Source of the DNA: Octopus vulgaris
Lineage: Eukaryota
Assembly (NCBI GenBank): GCA_951406725.2
Contig: OX597838.1
Coordinates: 43,524,001 to 43,588,000 of the forward strand
Reading direction: 5' to 3'
Length of the DNA stretch: 64,000 nt
Shown: one piece after another, positions 23,603 to 35,650 of the stretch
Layout: each line of letters starts with the position of its first letter
Numbering within the stretch: position 1 is the first letter of the stretch
Position numbers and translations under genes: made by a program
The notes under the pieces: model-generated
The model's input: only the letters and a program-made list of their open reading frames with translations
Database searches by the model: none
What the model was told of the DNA's origin: nothing

Positions 23603-26075
23603 GTTTGTTTTCGTTCATTCCTTCGTTTTATGACTTGTTTTACTTTCACGCCAGCATGGGATACTGTTTCTCAACCGGGGTCCATATGGCCCTTCGAGGA
23701 CCATATAAGATTTTGTTAAAATTTATGTGCAGTAAACCGGTTATATTCCCTCAATACGTAACATTTAAACATATTTTTATACGATTCTTATAATATTTAA
23801 TCATAAAAATATGAGAGGTTTTAGACATTGAAACGCAATGAGAGTGTTCCTCCCTGGGTTAAAGTAGGAATTGAAAGGGTCCAAAGGTAAAAAAATTGTT
23901 GAGAACCCCTGGGACAGACGAATATTTACAAAGTTTCTGGTTTTAAGGATGTCTCGAAAGGCTTGGCTGGAGGCCCAACCGTCCGAGTTCTTTAAACTGG
24001 ACTGCTGCAATAAGTGTGTGGATCTGATTGGGGAATATGTTCAATAAAATCATAAACTGTATTTTCTTTTACCCCAAGTCAGGAACTTTTCGGCACCCAC
24101 CTCGTAACACACATTATTGAGATATTGTTTACTTAATAGTTGATATGTTATAAAAGAAAGATCAATAGAAAACGGTTAACTTGTACTTTTGTAGTTTCAA
24201 AAAGGAAAGCATATTGACCAGAAATGACGACAGTGATATCCATAATTCCATAAAAAGAACTGACGAAATCTTGTAATATTATTAACAGAACTCTCATTGT
24301 GTTGCATACTCAGACACTTGTATGTATCTTCTAGCAATAGCTGGAGTATTAGAAACAGCAGCTGAGGTACATCATTCCAACATCTGTGCAACAATGAACA
24401 TTCCAGAGAAGAAGGCAATTTGCCGCTTGTTTGGCGATGCATGATAGCCAACATTGTTACATTCTAGCAATGCAATAATCCTGAATGACTACTGAGCTTT
24501 ACAGACAAGAATCTGTGGTGGTGTTCCTGTGGATTCACAATAGATTGTTTACTGTAATTATCAGAGTTCACTAGTTTGTATCCATTACTTCTGGTCAACT
24601 TCTTTTCCTTTAATCAAAAACATTCCTTAAAGTGCACATTTAATAAAAAAAAAAAAAAAAAAATCAGTGTGAGATGTGACAGACAAACTTACATGGTTGA
24701 GGTGATCTTTCATTTTATGATTCAGCAAGTGAAACCACTGAATGCTACAGAGATGTTCATTTGCCAGGAACTTGGTAATAAAATGGTTATAGTTTTCTCT
24801 AAACCTGTAAGTTTGTTTTGGAATGTAACAAAACCAATGTGTGTGTACAGGCAGACACAAATGAACACACATTTGCTGTGTGTGGGTGTTTGTGAGGAAA
24901 CTTGATTAATAGGTACCTCTAAATGCCCAATGATTGATTTGCAAATGAAATCTGAAAGAAATTCAGTATGTTAAATACTTACGTCTTATGCATCTTGAAA
25001 GACTTTTTTTCTTACGTTAAGTTAGAGTTATATGAAATTATGTTATAAGAGAATTACCTCCTCCTCCTCCTCATCATCATTTAATGTCTGTCTTCCATAC
25101 TGGCATGGGTTGGACGTTTTGACAGAAGCTGGTAAGGCGGAGGACTGCACCAAGCTCTACCGTCCTTCTGAATGCCAACCACTAGATGCCAGATGCCCTT
25201 CCTACTACCAACCACTTTACTGAATGGACTTGATGTTTTTTTACATGGCTCCAGCAAGGTCTGTTTTAGCATGGTGTCCATGGTTGGATGCCCTTCCTAA
25301 TGCCAACCACTTTACAGAGTGGACTGGCTGCTGAGATTAACACCAGCAAAATTCCTGTAAAATACAGGGCTTGCTTGATGTCCCCTGCATGATGCTGTCT
25401 TTCTTTCTGTTCCTCATCCATTCTACAATATTTGCAAAGCTGCATCGATGTAGTTGTGCTGATTAGGGTTTATTATTGTCTGGTTTGGCAGTTGGCAGCA
25501 AGCATGCTGTCTGCAGTTATAATAATGCAGACCTCCCTGGAGAGACTTTGAGCTGAAAGTGTAACTGCTACTTTTTGGTTTGATGCGTTAAAGAACAGCA
25601 GCATTATCGACAAAGCAGATTTGACAGGTAAACCCTGGAAGGATGAAAGGCAAAGATGACCTCAGTGGAATTTGAGGTCGAATACTAATTATGACAGAAT
25701 TCTTTAACGTACAAAGCCAGTCATAACTTTGGTAGAGAAAGGAATAGTTAGGAAGTGCCCAGGAGATCATTAAAAGAAAGCAAGAAAATTGTACATTATG
25801 CAAACTTGAGAATGAGTGTCAAGAGAATGTGAAATATGAAAAGAAGAGTAGTACCAGTTGTAACTGGAGCACTTGGGTTGGTGATAAAAAGACTTTTGGA
25901 AACACTTTGATACAACTGGAATCTGTCCCAGCATTATGACACTGGAAGAGACAACTGTTTGGGGACTGGCTAATATCCTGTGAGAAGGTCTGCCTGAGGT
26001 TACGTAACTTGGTTGGGATTCAGTGAAGTGCTCCACTGTTAATATGATTTGAATAAATATATAAATACACACACA

Positions 26076-26131
<56 letters not shown>

Positions 26132-26809
26132 AATGGCTGTCCCCTCTGTTGATACAGAGATCAGCTGAAGCAAAGCCTAAAACTGACAGGAATCGATCCT
26201 AAAGCCTGGGGCATTGAAGTTCAGGTCTGGTCCAGCTGGCATCACTCCATCTCCACTGTGACAAATCCCATACATTAATACCCTGGTGTAATCCAAAATG
26301 AGCATGGTACAGGCAGTTTATGACCTTCAGGCATATACAGAACTTGTATAGATAACACAAAACATATAATCCATGATACAGCTCCAAGGTTGTATAAAGG
26401 AAGCTGGATTTACATGTAATACTCTGAAGTTACATAACTTCCAGTTGGCTTTCCTTGGAAATATATGTAGTACATATTTACCTACTCCATTACCTACACC
26501 CAATGATATATACATAGACAACTAGCTTCTCTCAGTTTCTTATCTACGAAATCCAATGGAAAGGCCTTGGGTTGGCCTGAGGGTTATAATAGAAATCACC
26601 TGGCCAAGGGGCTATGTAATGGAACTGGAGGTGAACCCATGTGTTTGGGACCTAAACTTTGTAACCACACAGCTATGGCTATGTTAAATTAGAAAAATCT
26701 GTAGGGTAGGCCCAGAACCAACAGATAATACTTCAGTGGCCTTTATGCGGGCTGCCACCCTCTCTACTTGTGAATGACTCCTGCTTCAAATTAATGTTTC
26801 TCTTTAAAG

Positions 26810-26972
26810 GGTCCCGAAGAAGACCGAGAAGAGGAGGCTGAACTGAGTGTAGCAGAACTGAAGTTGCAAAGGGAAAAACAGAAGAAAGAAGCTGATCTCC
26901 TTCGACAAGATAATTTAATAGGAAACCCTCATGAAATCATCAGCCAAGATGATGGCTGCATGTGGGGAATGG
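26810..26972 (+). CDS. SLC4A1AP: Kanadaptin exon 2
   Basis: GPEEDREEEAELSVAELK...GCMWGM; AG / GTAAGT boundaries; phase 0 to 1. Confidence 0.92.
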
Positions 26973-27059
26973 GTAAGTAAAGGGGCCAGCCCATCTCCAT
27001 CACTTACTTTTTTGTTTCTCTTTATTTTCTTTATTTTATTGGTGAACAATAATATATCA

Positions 27060-27223
27060 GGTATGACTGTGTGATAAGAAGCTTGCTTCCCAACCACATG
27101 GTTCTGGGTTCAGTCCCACTGTGTGGCACCTTGGACAAGTGTCTTCTACTATAGCTTCAGGCCAACCAAAGCCTTGAAGCCTTGTGAGTAGATTTGGTAG
27201 ATGGAAAGTGAAAGAAGCCCATC

Positions 27224-27225
<2 letters not shown>
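27060..27225 (+). mobile_element. tRNA-derived SINE, second family (CORE-like)
   Basis: ggttctgggttcagtcccact B-box-like, then caccttggacaagtgtcttc, ending at (TA)n; copies at about 16.3, 26.5, 50.5, 51.5 and 57.7 kb. Confidence 0.65.
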
Positions 27226-27264
<39 letters not shown>

Positions 27265-27269
<5 letters not shown>

Positions 27270-27910
27270 TTTAAGCAGCAGAAAATTCAACAAAATCTGT
27301 TACTCTGAGTTTCTCGTTGCCGTTCATCAGACAGTTTTTGCTAGAATGGAACTGATATATCAATTCAATCTATACTCTTACAAACGCTACACCTTTAAAA
27401 AGAAATGGACTTGTTTGATTGGCCCTTTAGAAAAAACGGTCAATCTTCGAGCGATAAACAAAAAGGTCAAAAATACATGTATATATATATAAAAAACTTA
27501 TAAAAATTATAAAATCCGAGGAAAAAACCTATTAATTTCTATGCATTAATTTGCACTGTCTTCATTAACGTCAATAGGTTTTTTCCTCGGATTTTATAAT
27601 TTTTATAAGTTTTTTATATATATATACATATATTTTTGACCTTTTTGTTTATCGCTCGAAGATTGACCGTTTTTTCTAAAGGGCCAATCAAACAAGTCCA
27701 TTTCTTTTTAAAGGTGTAGCGTTTGTAAGAGTATAGATTGAATTGATATATCAGTTCCATTTTAGCAAAAACTGTCTGATGAACGGCAACGAGAAACTCA
27801 GAGTAACAGATTTTGTTGAATTTTCTGCTGCTTAAAATAAAGCTATTACTCTACCACTGGTATTTGAGTACTCTTTTTTCCACCTTGTTTCACATTTATG
27901 TGTTTACTCC

Positions 27911-27912
<2 letters not shown>
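27265..27912. mobile_element. Penelope-type fold-back: 269-bp near-perfect inverted arms with HHR
   Basis: Arms 27265-27533 and 27573-27841 with a 39-nt loop; the right arm extends past AATAAA; flanked by (TA)n. Confidence 0.8.
27772..27809 (+). ncRNA. Minimal type I hammerhead ribozyme (mirror copy on minus strand at 27297-27334)
   Basis: CTGT-CTGATGA-A-CG-GCAA-CG-A-GAAA-CTC-A-GAG-TA-ACAG; near-palindromic stem III ACTCAGAGT; GUA cleavage triplet. Confidence 0.75.
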
Positions 27913-27944
<32 letters not shown>

Positions 27945-27950
<6 letters not shown>

Positions 27951-28527
27951 TATTGTATAGAGGGCATTATTACACATAAATGCCACATGCTAGGAGGGAC
28001 TCTTAAAGTCATAACTACCAAATATAAACACATTGCACCGAATGCAATTCTCAAAGCGAGTCATTTAAAAACAGAATTTAGCTCCAGTTCTTGCTGAGGG
28101 TGAGGGGACTCAGTCCGCTGCTTCCCGCCTAGGCGCCGTCGTCGTCGACGAACGCGCCGGTGGCGGCCGCTCGTTCCGTGGGCGGTCGTCTGCCGCCTCG
28201 TCGGCGTTCGATTTCCGGGGCGCCGGCATCGGACACACTTCCCCTCCGATCCGTCGTCGTGACCTGCTTCCTGTCGGGCCGGCAGGCGCGCGGCGACCGC
28301 AGGTCACATACGAGCGCCCCGCCACTGCCGCCAGGCACGGCTAACTGACGAAGACGGGCAAACGCACCTCGCCCTCAGCAAGAACTGGAGCTAAATTCTG
28401 TTTTTAAACGACTCGCTTTGAGAATTGCATTCGGTGCAATGTGTTTATATTTGGTAGTTATGACTTTAAGAGTCCCTCCTAGTGTGTGGCATTTATGTGT
28501 AATAATGCCCTCTATACAATATAATTA
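27945..28527. repeat. 161-bp inverted repeat enclosing a GC/CpG-rich spacer
   Basis: Arms 27945-28105 and 28367-28527; spacer 28106-28366 is strongly GC-rich against an AT-rich background. Confidence 0.85.
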
Positions 28528-28645
28528 AATATTTTCAAAGAAAAGAATTTACAGTTTTTTTCTCTTATGAGGTTTTTCACACTAACTACTCGATAATTTC
28601 TTGTTAAGATTTCTTATTAAGATTTTATCCTATTTTTTAAATATA

Positions 28646-31600
28646 TCATCATCATCATCATCATCATCATCGTTTAACGTCCGTTTTCCGCGCTAGCACG
28701 GGTTGGACGGTTCGACCAGGGTCTGGGGAGCCAGGGGCTGCCCCAGGCTCCAGTCTGGTCTGGCAGTGTTTCTACAGCTGGATGCCCTTCCTAACGCCAA
28801 CCACTCCGCGAGTGTAGTGGGTGCTTTTTATGTGCCACCGGCACCCATTCGAGGCGGGGTTGGCATCGGTCACGTCCGGATGGTGCTTTTTATGTGCCAC
28901 CGGCACAGAAGCCAGTGGAGGCTGCACTGGCGACGGCCACGTTCGGATGGTGCTTTTTATGTGTCACCGGCACAGGTATCACAACTACTGTTTCCATTGA
29001 TATTTGGTTCGATGTTCATGTACATGCACTTGACTCAACAGGTCTCCTCAAGCACAGCGAGATGTTCCGGGATCCCACGATCGGTTGGTGCTTTTTATGT
29101 GCCACCAGTCGGCACGGTGCTGGCATCGGCCACGTTCGGATGTTGCTTTATATGTGTCACCGACACAGGTATCACAACTGTTTCCATTGATATTTGGTTC
29201 GATGTTCATGTGCCACCGGCACAGGAGCCATTCGAGGCGGGGTTGGCATCGGTCACGTTCGGATGGAGCTTTTTATGTGCCACCGGCACAGAAGCCAGTG
29301 GAGGCTGCACAGGCGACGGCCACGATCAGATGGTGCTTTCTATGTGTCACCGGCACAGGTATCACAACTACTGTTTCCATTGATATTTGGTTCGATGTTC
29401 ATGTATATGCACTTGACTCAACAGGTCTCCTCAAGCACAGCGAGATGTTCCGGGATCCAAGGTACTTTGGATGGGCAGGGGGTATGCGGAACTGGTGCCG
29501 GGAGCATCCCGGGTCTTAGTAGTCACAGCACATCTCCAGAGGTCTCGGTCCTTTGCCATTGCCTCAGTGAGGCCCAACGCTCTGAGGTCATGCTTGACTA
29601 CCTCATCTCATGTCTTCCTGGGTCTACCACTCCCCCTGATTCCTTCAACTGTTCGGGAGTGGCACTTCTTCACACATCTCTCCTCATCCATCCGCAGTAC
29701 ATGACCATACCATCGCAAGCATCGCTCTTGCACACCACATCTGATGCTTCTTATGCCTAGCATTTCTCTCAGGGTGCTTACACTCTGTCGTGCATTCACA
29801 CTGACATTACACATCCAGCGGATCATGCTAGCTTCATTTCTTTCAAGTCTACACATGTCCTCTGCAGTCACGGCCCATGTTTCACTGCCGTGAAGCATGG
29901 CAGTTCGCACACATGCATCATACAATCTACCTTTCACTCTGAGTGAGAGACCCTTTGTCGCCAGTAGGGGTAGGAGCTTTCTAAACTTTGCCCAGGCTAT
30001 TCGTATTCTAGTGGTGACACTCTCTGAGCATCCACCCCCACTACTAACTTGGTCACCCAGGTAGTGGAAACTATCAACTACTTCTAGTTTATCCCCCTGG
30101 AGTGTGATGGAATCTGTTTTTTGAGTGTCTGTGGTGTCTATTGTCCCTGTGCATCTGCCGCACATGAAAGCTGTCTTATCAGTTAATTTCCCTTTGATGT
30201 TGCTGCACCTCTTATGCGTCCATAGCTTACACTGGGTGCATCTTATGGAGTTTCTACCTACACCTTTCCTACAGCTTGAGCAGGGCCACCTGCCCGATGG
30301 GGGGTGTACTGAGTTCGCCTTTCTGCATACTATAACTTTGGTCTTCGCTACATTTACTCTAAGGCCCTTAGATTCTAACCCTTGTTTCCACATCCGAAAT
30401 TTCTTTTTTAGTTCTGGTAGTGATTCTGCTATGAGGGCCAGGTCATCAGCATAGAGGAGCTCCCAGGGGCAACCTGTTTTGAATTCCTCTGTTATTGCCT
30501 GGAGGACTATGATGAATAAAAGGGGACTGAGGGCTGAGCCCTGATGTACACCTACTTCTACCCGGAATTCTTCACTATATTCGTTGCCAATCCTAACCTT
30601 GCTGACAGCCTCTCTGTATAGAGCCTGTACAGCCCTTATTAGCCATTCATCAATCAACAGTTTCCGCATCGACCACCAGATAAGGGATCGGGGAACCCTG
30701 TCAAAGGCTTTCTCCAAGTCCACAAAAGCTATGTAGAGGGGTTTATCTTTAGCTAGGTACTTCCCCTGCAGTTGTCGGACCAGGAATATAGCATCAGTGG
30801 TGCTTCTACCTGGCACAAAACCGAACTGCATCTCATCTAAGCAAATTCTCTCCCTAATGAGATGGGTTATGACCCTCTCTGTGGTCTTCATCACCTGATC
30901 CAACAGTTTAATACCCCTGTAGTTATTTCTATCTAGAGCATCGCCCTTACCCTTGTAGCAGTTGACTATGGTGCTGCTACGCCAGTCATTGGGTATGACT
31001 CCATTGTGAACTACCTGGTTAACAATACGGGTGACTAGGCCATAGCCCACATAACCAGCTGTTTTAAGCATCTCAGCAGTGATTCCTGATGGGCCGGGGG
31101 CTTTACCCGGTTTCATATCCTTAATTGCTTTATCTACTAGGGAGCCGTCTATTCGGATAGCTGGTCCCTCTACTGGGTCAACATTTGGCAGGCTCTTCTC
31201 CTCCCATTCATTCTCCACATTCAGCAGTCTTTCATAATGGCTTCTCCAAGCCTCTTTCTTTTCACTAACATTAAAGGCAAGCGGCCCATCATCCATGCGG
31301 ACACATTTCTCTCCTGTAACATCACTATTTTCTCTCACACACTGTCTAGCAATACGAAATACCTCAGTTCTTTGGTCCTCACGTCGCTGGACATTGGCAA
31401 ACTTCTTCTTTTCTGCTATATCTTTGGCTATGTATACCTGCCGCCCGGCCTCCCTTTTGGCTACTTGGTACGGTTCCCTGCTACCCCCATCCCTCCAGGC
31501 TCTCCAGGCCTGTTTCTTAGAACTAATAACTTTGTCTACTGCACTATTCCACCACCACGTAACTCTAGGTCTGGAAGGAACTTTGCACCATCCACAGACT

Positions 31601-31939
31601 TGGTCTGTGGCACACAGCAAGCTACCTTCTATGTCCGACGTCTGTAGCTCCTCCTCCCTCTCATTAAATTTCTTGATGAGGATGTCCCTAAATCTCTGAC
31701 CATGTGAAGGGTTCTTTAGCTTCCAAATCCTTCTTTTCTGGATTGGTCTGTTTCTTGGAGTCCTTCTGGCCTCAAGCCTAAAGTCACTAATTATTAGCCT
31801 ATGCGGAGGAATACACTCTTCAGCCGGGAGGGTCTTTGTATTTAAGAGCGACCCTGCATCCCGCTGTCTGGTGAGGATGAAGTCTATTTGGCTAGCGGAG
31901 TCCCCTGACTGATAGGTTATAAGGTGGCAGTCAGGCTTA
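28646..31939 (-). mobile_element. 5'-truncated RTE-type LINE with a (GAT)n tail
   Basis: C-terminal APE (SQIDFIL..PHRLI) and RT ([48 protein letters not shown]); probable TGG to TGA stop at GRPRKT*; repeat-rich 3' UTR. Short copies of the same 3' end lie at about 2.7, 9.9, 20.7, 25.1, 51.2, 56.2 and 62.3 kb. Confidence 0.9.
29608..31939 (-). CDS. RTE ORF2 remnant (APE end - RT - PHD - C-terminus)
   Basis: About 775 uninterrupted codons of the listed 796-aa ORF; the N-terminal MYIY.. part is only read-through of (TA)n. Confidence 0.85.
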
Positions 31940-31952
31940 TGTATATATATAC

Positions 31953-31984
<32 letters not shown>

Positions 31985-32243
31985 GTATATATATACATAT
32001 ATATATATATGTATATATATACATATATATATATATATAACGGGAAGCTTTATGAAAATAAACAAAAGACGAAGGCAGGTGGAAAACAAACGAACAATTG
32101 TATTAGTATGGCGCTCATATATATGTATATATATACATATATATATATATGTATATATATACATATATATATATGTATATATATACATATATATATATAT
32201 GTATATATATACATATATATATGTATATATATACATATATGTA

Positions 32244-32353
<110 letters not shown>

Positions 32354-32443
32354 CATATATATATGTATATATGTATATATATACATATATATATATATAT
32401 ATGTATATATATACATATATATATATATGTATATATATACATA

Positions 32444-32836
32444 CTAGCAGTATCGCCGGCGTTGCTCGGGTTTGTAAGGGAAATAATTATATAAGCATTT
32501 TTAGAGATGTAAAGTATAATAGCCATCTCAATATGGCTAACCACAAAGGGGGAGGGTGTTACTGTAGCTTTTTACGTTCTGAGATTTAATAATAAATTTT
32601 AGAGAGTTACTTCCCTTATATATGTCAAAAATGGATTAAAAATGGGAAAAATTGATGGTAATTTTTTTTTTAAATCGTAGACTCATCATAGACGCGCGCT
32701 AATACCCAGACGGTCTCGATATGAATCACGACTATAAGATACCCGCTTTTGGTTAAACTGCACCGCAAAATGTGGGAGTAGTTAGGAATCTAAATCGTAG
32801 GAGACAGACACACAACCTCACTTTTATATATAAAGA
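32444..32836 (-). mobile_element. Non-autonomous Helitron (copy at 37214-37607)
   Basis: 5' TCTTTATATATAAAAG; 3' imperfect GC hairpin plus CTAG; no TSD. Confidence 0.75.
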
Positions 32837-32899
32837 TTTCCTCTATTTACATAATATTGAGGTCTCTTTCTTTCTTTTGTTATCTTACTGTTTTTAACA

Positions 32900-32932
<33 letters not shown>

Positions 32933-33008
32933 AATGTATAAATAGTTACAGAGATGTACTTGCATAGCAAGTGACTTGATCTGAGATCGTGTGCTGGAAC
33001 GAAAACAG

Positions 33009-33267
33009 TTGCAGCGTTGAAGGTGTTTATAAGCCATTTAAGAAACACACAAAAACCGTTAGATTCACTTCAACATTTAAATTTAATTTGTCAAAATATT
33101 TTCGTCGCTTTGAGACCGCGACCTGTTAGCACGATATTTTTGTCAGTGAACAGGTCGCGGTCTCAAAGCGACGAAAATATTTTGGCAAATGAAATTTAAA
33201 TGTTGAAGTGAATGTAACGGTTTTTGTGTGTTTCTTAAATGGCTTACAAACACCTTCCACGCTGCAA
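33009..33267. mobile_element. Penelope-type fold-back, 119-bp arms (copy at about 37782-38039)
   Basis: Arms 33009-33127 and 33149-33267; contains an HHR variant. Confidence 0.75.
33139..33189 (+). ncRNA. Hammerhead ribozyme variant with G3-C8 core (copy at 37912-37962)
   Basis: TTTGTCA-GTGAACA-G-GTCGC-GGTCTCAAA-GCGAC-GAAA-ATAT-TT-TGGCAAA; palindromic stem III AATATT. Confidence 0.6.
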
Positions 33268-33595
33268 TATATATATACACACATATATATATATATGTAT
33301 GTATGCATGTATGTGTGTGTGTGTGCGTGTCTGTGCTTGTGATTGTCCTCCACCACTGCTTGACAACGAATGTTGGTTTGTTTACATCCCTGTCACCTAG
33401 TGGAAACAGATAGAATAAGTACAATGCTTACAAAAATAAAACTGGAGTTGATTCATTAAACTACAATTCTTCAAGGCATTGCCCCAGCATGGCCACAGAC
33501 CAATGGCTGGAAAAAGCAGAAGAATAAAAGAATACATTCTCTGCTTTGGTCTTATGTTCAAGGCATAAGAAAGCTTGAGTTTACATGAGAAGGCC

Positions 33596-34680
33596 TAACA
33601 GACCTGGTAGAAACAGCAGCCAAATCTCCCTCAAATCACACCTTACTGTCTTATGTATGTATATATATATGAGCCAATGAGGGGGACCTCTACATGGTAG
33701 CTAGACCTGGTAGAAATAGCAGCCAAATTTCCCCCAAATCACACCTTACTGTCTTATCTATGTATATATGTATGTATGAGCCTATGAGGGAGACACCTAC
33801 ATGGCAGCTAGACCTGGTAGAAATAGCAGCCAAATTTCCCCCAAATCACACCTTACTGTCTTATCTATGTATATATGTATGTATGAGCCTATGAGGGAGA
33901 CCCCTACATGGCAGCTAGACCTGGTAGAAATAGCAGCCAAATTTCCCCCAAATCACACCTTACTGTCTTATCTATGTATATATGTATGTATGAGCCTATG
34001 AGGGAGACCCCTACATGGCAGCTAGACCTGGTAGAAATAGCAGCCAAATTTCCCCCAAATCACACCTTACTGTCTTATCTATGTATATATGTACTAGCAG
34101 TATCGCCCGGCGTTGCTCAGGTTTGTAAGGGAAATAACTATAAAGCATTTTTAGAGAGTTATAGCCAAAAAATAGCAAAAAATGGAAAAAAAATTATGGT
34201 AAATTTTTTTTTGAGAGTAATAAAAGGTTGAGTTGCGTCCCCTAGACAGTCTGTGGTTTGTTTTTTTATTCTCGACCCCATGTCGAATTTATCGATTTTT
34301 TTCAGAACTGGGGTTAACTTTTCAAAATTTTCGCTGCGTTAGTTTTGAATTATGACATTGGGCTATGTGTGTGTCAAGTTTCATCAGAATCGGTTGAAAG
34401 CCGTGGTCAGGGTGAGGGTACGAGAAAACAGACACACAGAAACACGCACAGACAAACTGCCGTTTATATATAGAGAGATGTATGAGCCTATGAGGGAGAC
34501 CCCTACATGGCAGCTAGACCTGGTAGAAATAGCAGCCAAATTTCCCCCAAATCACACCTTACTGTCTTATCTATGTATATATGTATGTATGAGCCTATGA
34601 GGGAGACCCCTACATGGCAGCTAGACATGGTAGAAATAGCAGCCAAATCTCCCTCAAATCACACCTTACTGTCTTATCTT
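33596..34680 (+). repeat. 107-bp tandem minisatellite (second array at about 38386-39065)
   Basis: Unit gagcctatgagggagacccctacatggcagctagacctggtagaaatagcagccaaatttcc..tatgtat; ORF starts 33694, 33801 and 33908 show the period. Confidence 0.9.
34094..34478 (-). mobile_element. Non-autonomous Helitron inserted in the minisatellite (related copy at 49621-50005, plus)
   Basis: TC...CTAG termini, inserted exactly between A and T of a repeat unit with no TSD; absent from the duplicate array. Confidence 0.85.
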
Positions 34681-34765
34681 TCTGCTACTTATATTCGTCG
34701 TAAAAAACTTTCCTGTCACACACTCACGCACACACACACACACACACACGCGCGCGCACCCACAC

Positions 34766-34801
<36 letters not shown>

Positions 34802-35183
34802 TCACACACACGCACGTTAGCTTACAATTTTATTTATATATTTGCGTGTCTGTGTTGAAAGAGGAAGTGGGAGGCAGAGTGAAAGAATCACTCACTACAG
34901 TAAGTAAATTACTTTCATTTTATTCGTTGCACACTGTGTGTGTGCGTTTGCGTGTGGTGTAAACCAGACTAAGAAAAGCATTTGACACACTCACCAGAAT
35001 GTGAGTTTTCTGTAAATTTTGCTTAATTGGAGTTTAAATTTTAAAAACTGGACCTGGCATGACGCGATGCATTGTACTCTCAAAAATGCTAGGTAAATTG
35101 TAATTGAAGAAATCCTATATTGTAGATTTGTATAACTCCCAAAGGGAGGCAGATAAAATCTGCCTTTTATAATAAGAGATATA

Positions 35184-35613
35184 TCTCTTATTATAAAAGG
35201 CAGATTTTATCTGCCTCCCTTTGGGAGTTATACAAATCTACAATATAGGATTTCTTCAATTACAATTTACCTAGCATTTTTGAGAGTACAATGCGTCATG
35301 CCAGGTCCAGTTTTTAAAATTTAAACTCCAATTAAGCAAAATTTACAGAAAACTCACATTCTGGTGTGTGTGTCAAATGCTTTTCTTAGTCTGGTTTACA
35401 CCACACGCAAACGCACACACACAGTGGGCAACGAATAAAATGAAAGTAAATAGCGACAGAATGATTTGAGGAAGACTAAAGTGAAAGTATTCTGTCTATG
35501 ACGCTGATAGACACATGAGTAAAATGTATGGGAAGCTAAGAGCTAAGAGTGAGTGAAAATGTTCTTGGAAGAGAGTAATTAGTAATAAAGTAAACATACA
35601 TACATACATACAT

Positions 35614-35650
<37 letters not shown>

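Noticed and set aside
28340-28395. CTGACGA plus stem II as a complete hammerhead
   Set aside because: No GAAA box or stem I partner in register; mentioned only within the GC-island finding.
33596-34680. 107-bp array as a CRISPR-like or coding repeat
   Set aside because: Whole units are near-identical, with no unique spacers and no cas genes, in a eukaryotic context; an ordinary minisatellite.
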